DNA from: Perna viridis
Taxonomy: Eukaryota
NCBI GenBank assembly: GCA_037379345.1
Contig: CM074521.1
Coordinates: 32,760,704 to 32,824,703, forward strand
Direction: 5' to 3'
DNA: 64,000 bases
How positions within the stretch are numbered: position 1 is the first letter of the stretch; every line of letters begins with the position of its first letter. This document shows positions 1 through 13,690 of the stretch, one piece after another. Made by a program: the position numbers and the translations under genes. The notes under the pieces were generated by a model, which ran no database searches, was not told the DNA's origin, and worked only from the letters and a program-made list of their open reading frames with translations.

Positions 1-840
1 TACACAGCCTGACTTTTATCTGGCTTATTACCTGAAGTTGTTTTTAATGCTTGTTTATACATAATTAGCTCTTAATTAATTTATGTATTTTCTTCTGGAT
101 ATTTGTGTGATGGTAAAGGCTGTTTATTACTAGATCTGTCACCTGGTTTATGGCTCCTGGTGATGTTTTCCTGAAAGGCGAGATTGTCCCTATGTCATCA
201 ATTAGCACCTATTATTATGGATTTTCTTTTTGATATATATATGTGAAAATACATGTAAGTGTATTATTTTAATTTGGTTATGTATTACATGTGAGGTTTT
301 AGATTTTTATCGGACATTCATCTGCAAATTCTGGTAAGGTATAATATTGCTAATCTTTTGTTTTGACATTTTTTTTCCAGAATAATAGGATGGTGTTGAC
401 ACAATGATGGGATATGACGTTATCATTGTGTCAGTGGTGTCATCATCATCTTTCCTTCTAAGTTGTGATTTTAAGTGTTTATTTGACCTGAATCAATGCT
501 GTGATATTGCATGTGTGTCATTTGTTACTTCCTTTTACCATTTCCTTCCACATTGAATTGGTTATAGTGGAATCAGAGGTGTGTTCTAAGATATTTTTTT
601 TTCTATCAGAGTTATTTTCCATTGAAAGCATTTTTTCACTTAAAGTTATCTATTTATTTGATTATCTTTAATGCTCTTTCAAGCTAAATACCCTTCCAAA
701 AAAGAAATGATCAAATGATTTTTGTTTCTAATAGCAACATATTCCTTCTTAATACTTGTGGTTAGATAAAGGTAAATAGACATTTAATTTTTGTGAAAGA
801 ATAATCTGAGGAACCAACATTTGAGTAGATAAAGCAAAAA

Positions 841-948
841 GGAAAACTATGACACCATGAACAAATGTTGTCAACAACTGTCAACTATTGGTACACATGG
901 TGAAGATGGATACACCATAATGATCCACGATCACAAACATAAACTTTG
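841..948 (-). mobile_element. Short, more diverged fragment of the same Penelope-like element
   Basis: catggtgaagatggatacaccataatgatccac (896-928) aligns with catggtgcagatggatacactgtaatgatccac (49983-50015). The flanking atgacac..tgaacaaat and cataaa(a)ctt also match. Confidence 0.7.
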
Positions 949-2025
949 ACAATTTGGACCATTGTATCAGTTAAGTATTTAGAAATAGGAACCCCCAAAA
1001 GTATTCATTCGCTCTGTCATCAGACTCTAATTATATCATATATCATATATTGAAATTTTCAGTATGATAAACTTAAAAAGCCCTTACACACAAAGGCTTT
1101 GTATTGTACATAATCTCTTGGTTCTTGATTTGACTTAGATGTTTTTGGATTTGAGTACTTGTATACGATTTATTTTTGGATTAAGATCTTCCTATGTATT
1201 TGGCTCTATTACATCTGATTTGAGGTTACTCCTTGAAACATGAAGTATGACTGGTATTTTGTATTTGGAAGATAGAAATTTTTTGAGATGGTAACAAAAT
1301 AAAGTTTTCATTACTGACTACATCAAACATATTGTGTTTTATTTGACACGCTAATGAAATGACACCAGTAGTACCAATTCTAGGCAAACGTGACATCTTC
1401 ACTGACTTCTGGCATTCTGTTGCACTCATTCAATATTATATTTCTTTTTTGGTCTTACAGAATGAAATGGAATCTTTTTAAAGAAAGAGAAAGAAATTGA
1501 TATTGTTTACTATTTCAGTATAGAATTCTAATCATTTAAAACTGCTACAAGGAAATGACTGTGCATATTTAAATATCCCTTGGTCAAAAATCAGTTCTAA
1601 CATCTATTTTCTTAGTTCACAAGCTATTGTTACCTGCTATAAACACTGAGATAATATGCCCTTGGTTTGAAACCAGTTATGGATATCTTGACAGGTTTGA
1701 ATTTCTTATATATTGGATCAATCTGACGCTTCACATTGGTGTTGTTAAGGTGACCTTGCTGTGGATAAGACCATCAAAAACGTATTATATTTCCACATAA
1801 TAAAGAGTTTGTATGGAATAGTATTTCAAACTACTGTCTTTGTCAAAGTTCAGAACCGCATGAATACCGTTGTAGTATTATGATATATTTATGTACATTA
1901 AATATGACTTTCTCGGTTTAGTGAAGTTCATGGTTAGTCTGTCTCGTCTCTTTGCAAATTAGTATTGGGCCAAGTTTTTTAAAAAGATTACAAAAGGTTG
2001 TTTTCTTAGGTGAAGTATGTTTGCA

Positions 2026-2028
<3 letters not shown>

Positions 2029-2101
<73 letters not shown>
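2029..2101. repeat. (TA)n microsatellite, about 36 units
   Basis: Perfect TA run. Confidence 0.99.
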
Positions 2102-2104
<3 letters not shown>

Positions 2105-2233
2105 AGTTGTGTACCAATATCAGAACAAGTAGATAAAGGTATGCCTACAACAGATGTGATTATTCCTTGTTTCTTCAAATTCTGACTGCAGGATTTTACA
2201 GATCATTTTCATAATATATGGCAAAAACTACAG

Positions 2234-2413
2234 ATAGACTGGTTTTTAGGTTATTCAGGGTTTGGTTTAGACTGGTTTTTAGATTATTCAGGTTTGGTTT
2301 AGACAGGTTTTAGGTTATTCAGGGTTTGTTCAGACAGGTTTTAGGTTATTCAGGGTTTGTTTTAGACTGGTTTTTAGGTTATTCAGGGTTTGGTTTAGGC
2401 AGATTTTACTGTA
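2234..2413. repeat. ~31 bp tandem repeat, about 5 copies (agactggtttttaggttattcagggtttggttt), ending ...ttttactgta
   Basis: Directly visible periodicity. The terminal actgta (reverse complement TA-CAGT) suggests the end of a Tc1/mariner-type MITE. Confidence 0.85.
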
Positions 2414-4280
2414 CCTGACACTTTAAGTGTTAGATTTTGTAAGAATCAGGCAAAATGGGGAAAATCATAAACAAGCATGTCAAAATCCCACCAATCTGAT
2501 AGTATAATTCCATTCAAGGATGCTTTCTCTATTTGAAAAGACCATTATTTGATCTTGGATTTGTTCAGAAATTTTTCAATAGAATGTTAGAAAAATGAGG
2601 TTTATGATTGAGTTATCTGCCCTTTAAAGATTCATTTTCAGTGCATTTCAATGAAATTTTCCCTCAATGTACCAAAATGATACAGGAAATCATGTCTTTT
2701 ATCCTTGATTAAGATAGTGCAAATGGTCAAATTAAACTTGCAAAATGAATTGTTTTTTCATACCATGTTCCACCCACTGCCTGATTCTTACAGAGACTGG
2801 CACTTAAATCATCAGTTTTTGATACTCTAAAATTCATTTTTCTATCCAAATCTCATCAAAAGCAGTTACAGTTAATATAAGTAATAAGACAATGTATGGA
2901 GACAGCTTGGGTATTTCGTGAATTTTTTTGTTTATTGCCATCAGAACAAGTGAAACCTATAAGTTTTATCATGTACCTCGACAAGTTTAGATATTAAATA
3001 TCATTTATGACGTCATTGAATGGTTATGCCTTTCATGTTCAGTCAGCTGAATTTGTAGTATTATATGGTTTTATGTCTCCAAGTTCTCCAATCTACATAA
3101 GCTTTGCTATTTTGGGCTGGTTAATCACCTTTTACAGGGAAAATCTGTTTTCCTAACCTTCTTACAGTTTGATAAATGTACTATTGATATAATTAAATCA
3201 CATTTGAAGATTTTCTATTTCTGTATAAACATTTATGTCATAAATGGTAAATTGATTGCCATGTATACAGAAAGAAATGTCAATGTATTAAAGTTTAACT
3301 GAAATAGTAACATGTATTCTGAAATTACAGTGGGAGAACCCAACGAAACACACAGATAGGGTTCAATAGACTCATGGCTTTGTATACTTTAGCTTGGCTA
3401 CAAGACAGTCCTGATTTTCTTTAAAGGGGAATTTGGCTTGTTTTAATCAGTATTCAAACCTGATTCTCTTCTGCTTTTTCAAATCTAGGTTTTACCATTA
3501 TAATTTTCGCTTTTTTGTATATTTACTTCTGATTTTAAAAATTTTCACTTGGTTTGTTGACCTTATAAAATCAGGTCTGTGTATTTTACCATTATGCTAA
3601 GCATTGTTTGGCACCAGAGGCTAACAAAAGACTTTCAGTCAAACTGCAATAGGTATCAGACAAGCCAGTAGAAATGGGTTAGGGAAGTGAAGTTAAAGTG
3701 AAAGTAGCCTTTAGATTGATTTAAAATCAAAATATGCAATTCAAAAACAAAGATAAGATAAATATTTACAGTATCTAGATCTGTACTGTGAATTATTAAA
3801 AAAAATGGACAACTGCTTACCTATCCTGTCTTGCTCCTTTCAGTTATCATTCCTTTTTTCATTGATTTTATAAATGTAAGAAAGATGTATTGACACTATG
3901 GGGGTGATGGAAGGAAAAAAAGGTATGGAGGGTATTAAATTTTTATTTTTAAACATGACAACAATAAAATACAGCTATTTTAAGCAAGCTTGCCAAAGGT
4001 ATGCCAAGCAAACAATATAAAGTAGATTACATAGAAATATTTTTCCTATCAATTTGTTTGTCAGTTTGCTATAATTATTCTGAGAGATAGGGAAGCACAA
4101 AGATTTTATCAGAACTAGTGAAAATTAATTGCATAAAAATACATTCTAAATAGGCTCAGAGATGGAAATATTTTGGCAGCTATTATAAATTTTGGCAAAA
4201 ACAAGCTGTTTGATATGATGTTTTTTCCAGGTTGTATTTCTGCTAGTATAGCTGTCTGTGGGCACATATAGATCTTAAGG

Positions 4281-4290
4281 CTATAAATAG
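4281..4290. promoter_or_regulatory. Consensus MEF2 site CTATAAATAG
   Basis: Exact CTA(A/T)4TAG match about 100 bp from a full CRE. Function is untested, and such sites occur by chance in AT-rich DNA. Confidence 0.3.
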
Positions 4291-4382
4291 CTCAAATATT
4301 TTGTGTGATCGTCAGTTTTCATTAAGGCAGGGGTGATAATGAGAATTTTTTAGAACAGTTTCCTTTATGAAGGTGAAGATTC

Positions 4383-4390
4383 TGACGTCA
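4383..4390. promoter_or_regulatory. Full CRE palindrome TGACGTCA
   Basis: Exact match, with TGACG (4400) and TGACCTCA (4431) nearby. Function is untested. Confidence 0.3.
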
Positions 4391-7324
4391 CAAGAGCCAT
4401 GACGAAGGTCAGGGTAGGAAATACATACGCTGACCTCACTTGGCATCTCCTGTGGAATGTTAATTTGCTGTTGTCTCAGGCTATTACTACAAAATAGATT
4501 GAATTCAGGTGATTGCCAAGTTTTGAACAAATTCAAGATAAGTTATAGATAGTGTGGTTATTGATAATGGCTTTCAAATCATAGAATTCATATCAATGTT
4601 TGGAAGGCCTTAACTAGGCCTTGACTTTGGCATGGAATTTAAGGTAGATATTTTTAGACAAAAAGTATTATACAGAGTTAGCTGTAGAAATAATGACTGG
4701 AAAATTGTGGTGGAAAGGAGCCATTTATGTGCTCTGTCTAAATACTAAAATGTATTTACCTTACACAAGTCTTAAGTATTACTGAGTTTCTTTCTCTATT
4801 GATTTTTGAAAGTAAAAGAACCTGGACGTGAAATTTAAGCTAACAAGTACCATAGTATAGTAATCTACTTTGACCTATTTTAAACTCTTATTTTTTTCTT
4901 AATGGACATCTGGTACCCCATCATCATAGTCACATAATACAAAACCATAGGTTTGGAATTGTGCAAATAATTCATTAAGTTTGTGTGTAACATTTGCAAA
5001 AAATAATGAACATGTTTTTGTATTCTTCTGACTTGTTAGGTTTTAAAATGGAATGGTAACATGTTCAAGATTAGATTCAAGTTATATAAAGTGAACTTAG
5101 AAAGAGTTGTTGCCAGCTGTTTACCAACAAAACTGTATTTTTGAGTAAAATTGTACTGCTTTGAAGTCTGTATATATGATAAAAATAGTAAATATTGCTA
5201 ATATATATATTTAAGTATTAAATAAGAGTTTTCTGTTTTTTTTTCTATATTATTTTACTACATGTAAATCTGTTTTGTTTGGATGTGGCAGTGGCATTGA
5301 GACCAATCATTGGATTAACCTAATTTAGCACCATTTTTTATCAACTTTTCTTCTATTAAAGTGAGCTCTCTTTTTATTTTTATTATTATAAAGATTTTTC
5401 TGAACACTTATTATGTGACCCCTATGGCATTGTCAGTTGTATTTTTGCCCTTGAGCTTTAATCTTTTAGTATCTATGTGAAGATAACTAACTGAACAAAC
5501 AAAGTTAAATTTGCTTAAAACCTGTGTTTATATTACATCTACTATATAAAGTAACATACCAAAATAGATATTTAATCAAAGTTTGACCCCCTGTGTTTTA
5601 ATGATAATATAAACACCATTAGCCTGACAGAACTGTAAGTGGTATTCTTAATTTCTTTAACACATTGTATGCAAATGTTATTATGACATAGTTAACCCCT
5701 TTAAATTTATGCACATTCTCTATGAAATGAATGAGGTATTGCTATGAATCATGTCTAAAGGCTGTAAAATTTGATCCACTCTGGATGCTTGGATGTCTGT
5801 ATGCATGTAGGAGATCAGTTTTCATGAAGGTCATTTTAATGAGAAGTGTTCTATCTTATGTTGTTAACATTGAATTATGATGTCATATTTAAAGATAACC
5901 AACACTTTTTGAATCTTGTCAATGTGCTGAAATTCTTTGTTTAGCTTAATATTTAAAACTCCTAATGGTAAGGAGTTCCAAGAAAAAAAGGGGGGTGTAG
6001 TACATAAATTTATAAATAGATTATTGATAGTGTGAGTATTTTAATAGCAGCCTCATTAGTTGTGCTCCAGAAACTTAGCTAACTGTGATTCTATAATGTT
6101 GGCTGTGACAAAGTCAATGAAGTCATTGTTTTGGTAGTACCTTTGTAAAGTAACTGCAGTTAATCAAATTAATCATAATTCCGCTATTCTTCAGAGCTTA
6201 CTTGAAGATGTGTTTACACTTACTGAAGACCTAATAGTGATCTCAGTAAGGACTATTTGTATGAAGGATTTGTTGCATTTCACCATATCTGTTCCTTTTT
6301 TTTCTGGTTTGTCAGAAACCCAGATGGATTTTATGTATGGATGGCCCATTTCATTGGTATGTCAGTCTTTAAGAAGACAGTTTTCCAGTATGTCGAATTC
6401 TGGGAGGGGGGGGGGTTGGGGCTCTGCTATAAGCTTCCTAGGTGTGTCAAGTCTTGAGGAAATCTATTGTTGTTTGCAATACTTTATTTGTCAAATCCTG
6501 TGTAGAAGATTACACGGCTTCCCCATAGTGACCCAAGATATGTACAAATACATAAATATTGAAATGCTTTAATTCTGACTATCTGGCTTCATCTTTGCAT
6601 ATTCTCAAACTAGATGCGAGAATTTTCTGACAATTGTTGACACGTTTCAGTCACCTATTTATTATTCTTAGTATCATTATTTATTTGTAGTTATTATAAG
6701 TAGTAAAAAAGTACTATTCAGTGATATTTCTAGAACTCGCTGAGACTATTTGAGTTGCTTATTTTTGTGAACATTCCCCTATGAAATACAGAACGAAACC
6801 TTGTTCTTTTTTAAGAAGACTATATCTAATTTGGAAAACAACAGGATGCCATTGGTTTTTAGAATAGAATTCTACCCCACACTGTGCTTTGCTAAGGCAG
6901 CCTTCAATTTATTAAAGAGTAATTTTGTCGAGAAGAGCTAAAAATAACTTTGTTCTGTTGATAAGAGCATTTTGAATCCTATTTTATCTGATGGCATTAA
7001 TAAAATACTTCAGCTGTGAAAAAAACAGTGATTTATTCTGAGGGCTGGGTAAGTTTGGAGAAAACCTTCATATAATGGGCTTATTTTTAGAAGTTTAACA
7101 GTGCAAAATAATTTGAAGTAATCAATATCAGGATTCTTGTTGAATTTGGAATTTTTCTTTTCACAAGACACAGGTAAGCAGGAAAGATTCATTAATTAAG
7201 TCAGGTTAGACTTATGTTCATATATTTTTGTTCTGTTGTCCTATATCATCATGATAATACATGTACATGTCAATTCATACTTGTATCAGTGGACAATGAT
7301 TTTTTTCTGTACCTTTCTGATTTT

Positions 7325-7480
7325 TAATATTTCTTCGAAGTTTTTTTGAGAAAGGCCAGTGATAATATTTCTTCAAAAGTTTTTTTGAGAAAGGCCAGTG
7401 ATAGTATTTCTTCAAAAGTTTTTTTGAGAAAGGCCAGTGATAATATTTCTTCAAAAGTTTTTTTGAGAAAGGCCAGTGAT
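7325..7480. repeat. 39 bp tandem repeat, about 4 copies (taatatttcttcaaaagtttttttgagaaaggccagtga)
   Basis: Directly visible. Explains the repetitive ORFs 7275-7490 and 7346-7576. Confidence 0.95.
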
Positions 7481-8060
7481 TGTTTTTCATGTCATATAGT
7501 TATTTGTTTTAATGTTTTTTTCTGTAGAAAAGGTACATTTTCATCTTTTATGAAAAGTTTCACATCTTTTTATTGATGGGGCTTTTAGAGCTTGCTTTAT
7601 GGTGTGGGTTTTACCCATCATTGAAGGCCGATGGGTGACCTGTATAGGTTTCATTTTTCCTTGCTTGGCATTTGCTGAATCTCCTATGCAATTGTACTGC
7701 ATCTCTTATTTTCATATTCACATAGTACCTTGAATTGTGGTGAATATTTAATCTGCATTAGGTATGTGTTCTTGTCTAGTCAGAGTTCACCCCTTCATTC
7801 ATTCCTACTTTATATACAATATACATGCCATTTATAGAATATGCAAATGGGTAGATTTTGAATAAAATCTAGTTTATAAATTGGACTTGATATATTAGCA
7901 GTAGGATTCTGATATGAAAGTGATAAACTGAACAATCAATTTAACTTTGAAAAAGATAGATTGGTTGAATCCTTTCTTTTGAAATGCCAAAAAAATTCAA
8001 ACTTTATTAATGGACTAGTTAGTATTTTTACTAATCTTTTCTACAGGGTCGCTACTCTAT

Positions 8061-8276
8061 CAGTGATTCAATTTTAAGGGGAAATACTTGCCAAATGCAA
8101 GTTAAAATTCAGTTTTGTTGGTAGAAATTATTTTCACTTGCTACAATTTGAATGTTGAATACTAGACAAATTATTAGTTTGGTCCAGAAATAACCAAGAA
8201 ACTTAGTTTAAGTGAACGTACATTATCAGTTCTTGCAAAATTTACCCAGTGGAAGGTTTCTTAAATTCGATCCCTG
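8061..8276. mobile_element. ~215 bp MITE, copy 1 (TIR CAGKGATYNAATTT(T)AAG)
   Basis: Ends are cagtgattcaattttaag and cttaaattcgatccctg. TCTAT flanks both sides. Alignable end to end with the reverse complement of 8974-9171. Confidence 0.75.
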
Positions 8277-8973
8277 TCTATGTAAAGATGATGCATGCAA
8301 AGGTCATAAGGTTAGCTGTCCTTGGTACATAATCATTTAACAGATATATCTAACAGACTTGCACATACCCGATAGCAAATTGACTTGTAATATTGTCGTG
8401 AGGAGTTGTACCTCAAAAACAAGAATACTGAAATCGGTGAGCCATTTACTTCCTGTCAGTTTTATCTTTATATAATATTTTGGTACACACTAATATTAAT
8501 GTATGATCTGTGATCGACATTATGAATGGTCCGATCATTTCATGGTTTATAGTTTCTCCTGAGGCAGGCAGAAAAATAAGTTGTACCCACATTCATAACA
8601 TAATTGAAGTAACAGTTTTTTGCTAGCAATTGACCAAATTATGAGTTTAAAGATTTGATTTTAGTGTATTCCTTTCTTACATATATATTAAGTAGAACGC
8701 GACAAAAATATGACCCAAAAATGATCCAATTTTAAATATGCATTGACGTCAATGTGATATAACTTCACCTTTCTTAAAATGATTGATGGGTATAGTTAAC
8801 ATGCAACCAAGCAAAAAATATTTTACTTTTTGTGTGGTAGCTGCATGCTCTTGTAAAATCCAATTGTACCCCAAGTGTAATCAGCCAGAATATGATTCAT
8901 GCATGAACAAAAATCCCAAAATTTACTCTTGAAACTTGTTCAGAAACATACACATAACCAGCATTAGTATTTT

Positions 8974-9171
8974 CAGGGATTGAATTTCAGAATAATTTTC
9001 ACTGGCTAAAGTTAGCAAGTACTAAAAATTTACATGTGCCAAATCAGAGTTTTTTTTTTATATTTCTGGGCTTTACCTATATAACATATAGAATTCCACT
9101 TGCAAATTTTCGCGAGTGGAATTAATTTCAACTTGCATTTAGCACGTATTTCCCCTTAAATTCGATCACTG
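8974..9171. mobile_element. ~200 bp MITE, copy 2, inverted relative to copy 1
   Basis: Ends are cagggattgaatttcag and cttaaattcgatcactg. GTATTTT flanks both sides. Confidence 0.75.
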
Positions 9172-10023
9172 GTATTTTCATTCAGTTATTGCACTTATGA
9201 GTATACTTGAAAATTTCACTTTACCAGATTTATCGTTCTTAATTTTGTTGATGCACAGTTCAAAAATGAATGCATGGTTTTCTCCTGGTATGTTGAAAGG
9301 AATATAGTTCTGTACATGAAAGTGTATATAGATAGAAAAGGAATTTTATATGGATTGATTCTTTAGTAGGTGAAATATAACAATATGAATGAAATTTATA
9401 TAAGTAAAATTTCAATTTAAACAAAAAAAACATTTAATGGTAAAGTTGATTGGCGAATGGGCTTTGTTATATACTATAAAATGCTTCTCAGGATGTTGCT
9501 TGGAACCCTGAATGGTTGGGACAAATATATGGATTGTCAGAAACAAGGAAAGTGTTTGTTTTTGGTCACTAATACCTAGACAGCTTAAGACGCAATAATC
9601 CCCTTCCCTCCCCTACAAAAAGATGATAAATTAAAAAAATGAATGATAATCCCAGCCTTTCTTTTGATGTATGACACCCACTTTATGGTACAATTGTCTA
9701 TGAGTTGCAGGTACAATGATTACACTGCAGAACCATTATAGGATTCCATACGTTTTGTGGTTTTGTGAATAAAGATGAAAATATGCATGAAAGGTGTGAC
9801 ATTCCCAATTTTATTGCTAATTGTCAAGTATACTGTTTAAATGCAAATAAAATCAGAACCAAACTAAGAACAGTCTGCCACTTTAGTCTGATTTCCTGGA
9901 CTTGTACGTTTTGATTGGAGTAGTAATTTTCTATTACTACTGGTCTGTTTGGACTAGTTAAAAAAAAACATGTCCCTCCTTTATTTTCTTGTTTTGATGT
10001 TGTCTTTGGAGGATAGATTGTAA

Positions 10024-10484
10024 TAAGGCCAAAAAGAAAAATATAGGTATGTTTATGGTACCCAAAACCGACCCTATTTTCTGACGCCAACCTTTAACAT
10101 TTTTATTGGAAAAATTAGGGGAAAATGAAAAATCTTGAAATTTTGCTCCGTCCCCCTCCAGTTTTGTCTATTACTAATTCAAACAAACATGGGTTCCATG
10201 TCTAGTCAAGAGTCTTGTGTCTAACTTTCAAAGAATGCACCCATTGATAGGAAAAGACAAGTGTAATTATCCCCATTCAATGACAATACAAAGTTTGTGG
10301 ATATTTCACAGACACCATGATTTCAATTTGAAAAACAATGAGTGTTTTATCATATGTTAGAATGAAACTGTGATTAGTCCCACCCTCATGGTAGGGGAAG
10401 TTGTGAAAAAAAATATTAAAAAATACCTACCAACCTTATTTTTTTTCTGCAGGGTACAGTAAACACTTCCACTTTTTTGGCCTA
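10024..10484. mobile_element. Degenerate non-autonomous TIR element (~460 bp)
   Basis: Left end taaggccaaaaa...tgtttatggtaccc; right end gggtacagtaaaca...ttttttggccta. These form an imperfect inverted repeat. Confidence 0.6.
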
Positions 10485-11139
10485 GGGGATTTATTATTGT
10501 AAAAAAAAAACAAAAAAAAAACACTGCAGTCTTGTCTAATAAGTAGAATTATAATCCTTTTAAAATGTCTGTTGACTAGTTGATTAAAAAGTTTTTGGTG
10601 CAGACTAAAGAAAATGAATGGAAAACATGCTTAGACATATATAGTGGCCTACTGACTTCAGGACAGTCTTGCACTTAAATCTGTCCATCTGTTGTTTTTA
10701 TCAACCAATAAAAACATGAAATATTTTGTCACAGATGTACTACAGCTTTATGTTAATTTGTGTTATTGTAAAGTCATTGGTTACATTATGTGGTTGTATT
10801 GGCTCTTTCTTCCTTATCAAATTTGTTTTTAGCAAGGAAAATTTTATAATAAAAAAAAAATGAAAAAAAAAATGAATGGCTATATTTGTTGTGATTCTCA
10901 TCCATACAACAGTTTTTACACACAAGTACTCAATGTTTACCCCTGTTATAATCATATAAATTTCATTACTTTTTTTCCTGACTAATGATTTTCATGACTA
11001 CACAAGTTCTCTTTTATCTGCCAGATATATTACAGTGAATGTGTCCTATACTTCTGTTGTTCACAATAAGTCCAAAATACTGCAAGGAATTTTTTATACT
11101 TTGGATGTGAGCATCCTATCTATTTATATTAATTTCTGC

Positions 11140-11690
11140 TTCTTTGTTTTTGAGTTATGAAACTTTATTTATGCAAAAATAGGTTGGTTTTATGTTTTGC
11201 GATTCTTTTCTTTATGTAAGTATGAGCACATCTTCAGTTTTCGTGATTTTTCAGTTTTATGGTTTTGAGTCCTGGAACTTTTAAGACCTTCGAAATATGA
11301 AATCCCCCCAATTTCACAGTTTTCAGACTTAAACTAGTGGTTGTACATATTTTTTGTAAAACTTATGGTATATATTTTTTATTGTTGTTAACTCCTTTCT
11401 GAAATGTTTTGAATTTCCGATTTTTGATTCTCAAGTTTTGGGACTTGATTCATAAAAAAGTGGATTTCCCATATTTGCACAATAACTTCAAAACATTCCA
11501 AGCAATTTTCATAAAAGTTTGTAGATTTGTTTCTTTATTATTTAATAATGTGTCACAAACAAAATCAGATCTGTATCATGCTTGAATTTTATTTTCAAAT
11601 TCGCCACATCTGTTCAGGGTTCATCCTCTGCGGTTGTATTCAGCAGCACTCCGGGAAGCATTTTATTAGCAGTTATGGTCCTTAAGTTTA
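11140..11690 (+). repeat. Diverged relative of the 35.4-35.9 kb element
   Basis: Shares the motifs gagttatg..cttt, cagttttc, tttatggtatat and gttatggtcctt at roughly 150-180 bp spacing; heavily decayed. Confidence 0.35.
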
Positions 11691-12602
11691 GAATTAGTAA
11701 AGTTCACTGACATATGTGGGTTTTTGGGGTTTTTGATCCTTCGAAGTACCTTATGTCACCGGTCTATCACTGGAACTTCCCTATTATCTCTGAACACTAC
11801 ACAAAAATATAGTCCAAATGTAATTCCTTTTATATCATTCAATACCTCTTTTATAACAAGTTAATGAATGGGTTTCTTGCAATTTATCTGTTCAATAATA
11901 TTCTATTATTTGTGCAAATAAAATTAAGATCTAGTTTTCATACCACCTCAAGATTTGAGGAACTCCTTTTTGGCCTTGAAAGATATTTAGTAATAAATTT
12001 ACATTTAGGGAAATTATCTCTAATGTAGTAATGTAGAGAAGGATAAAATGTGTTTAATATTTTCATTTTAACACAATCCTAAGTTAAATTATCCATCCTA
12101 TCATTAATATTTTACCATTTATAAACAGGAAGTGAAGAGCAGTGATTTCAACCAAGTTAAATTAGTGGGAAAATTCAAATTGATAAAAGTGTCTAGTTTT
12201 TGAAAACTCTGAGTTAAGGATAATGTATTCTTAAGTTGATATTGGTTTTATTTAAGTATATTTGTTATGTAGGATAAATACTCTGTTAATATATCTTTTG
12301 AATATAAATGCACATAACTTTTGGATAGATTAAAAATTGGGGAAAAAGGTGAAGTGGAACAAAAAAATTAAACCAAAAAAAAAAGTAAATGTGTGTGAAG
12401 TTGGATCAGTAGTATAGTTTGACTTTCAGTTTATACATATATAAAAATAACAGTTTATAAAAGAATTTTAAATACAATGTATGATCACAATTTTATTTAA
12501 CATCATATAATCTTTGAATTTGTGTTCATGCTACAATTTTCACAAGAATCAAAAACTGCCAGTGCTATCAGCACTTTGATTTTTAATAATTCAATTCTTG
12601 GA

Positions 12603-12737
12603 AAATTGTTTACAAATAACTTGTGATCAGTTATGTCTTCTTTAGGTCTTTAAGGCATAAAAAAGATGGATAAGTTACAAAATTGCACGATTTACCAAAT
12701 GGTGACAAAGGTGATGTCACCGAGAGACAATTTAGTT
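12603..12737 (+). repeat. ~130 bp dispersed direct repeat, copy 1
   Basis: aaattgtttacaaataac.tgtgatcagttatgtct...aaaattg.acgatttaccaaatg...gatgtcacc.ag.gacaa.ttagtt is shared with 14166-14290. Confidence 0.85.
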
Positions 12738-12914
12738 ATTGATTTGTGACAAGCTTGAACATTTAATAGCAGTGTTTAAATTTGGTGTTTTGAAATATAT
12801 TTATTTCTATTAACTTATTATTAACCTTTACTATATAAATCTGAAAGATATTTTTAGAACAATTATTTTTCTTTATATTAACTAGAAATCTGATGACATC
12901 AAGCTAAAAATAAA

Positions 12915-13575
12915 CCAGAAACCTGTCTAAAGATGACTTTCAATAAACCAGAATACTTTGTAAAACCACTTACCAGTGTTCACTGGTTTCTATAAACCAT
13001 TAACCTGTGTTAACTGACCTCTGTAAAACAGTAAAATGTGTTAACTGACCTCTATAAACCAATAATCTGTGTAAAAGGACCTCTGTAAAACAGTAACCAA
13101 TGCTAACTGACCTTTATAAAACAGTAACCTGTGTTAACTGACCTTTGTAAACAGTAAAATGTGTTATCTGATCTCTTTATAGATAGTAAAACATGTACTT
13201 TAATCCAGTAACCTGTGTTAAATGACACCTATAAACATTAACCTGTGTTTAGTGACCTTTATAAAACAGTAAAATGCTTTAACTGACCTCTTTAAAAACA
13301 CCAAAATGTGTTAACTGACCCCTATAAACCAGTAAACTGTGTTAACTGACCTCTGTTAAACATTAGCCTGTGCTAACTGACTTCTATAAACCAGTAATAT
13401 GCGTTAACTGACCTTGATAAAACAGTAGATCATGTTAACTGACCTCTGTAAACCAGTGTCCTGTGTTAACCAACCTATATAAAACAGTAACCTATATTAA
13501 CTGCCCTTTTAAAACCAGTAACCTCTGTTAACAGAACCCTTTATAAACCAGATACCTGTATTAACAGAACCTTTA
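12915..13575. repeat. Diverged ~31 bp minisatellite, about 21 copies (aaaccagtaacctgtgttaactgacctctat)
   Basis: tgtgttaactgacc recurs about every 31 bp. Confidence 0.9.
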
Positions 13576-13690
13576 ATTGATCTTTGTTAGTTCCAACCAT
13601 TTTTACTGAGTTTTAACATTTCTGTGTTATATTTTCAGATCCATTGGTTTCACAAGTTTGAATTTGAACATTTCTGTGCTATATTTTCAG

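Noticed and set aside
1918-2185. ORFs with poly-(YI)
   Set aside because: Translation of a (TA)n microsatellite.
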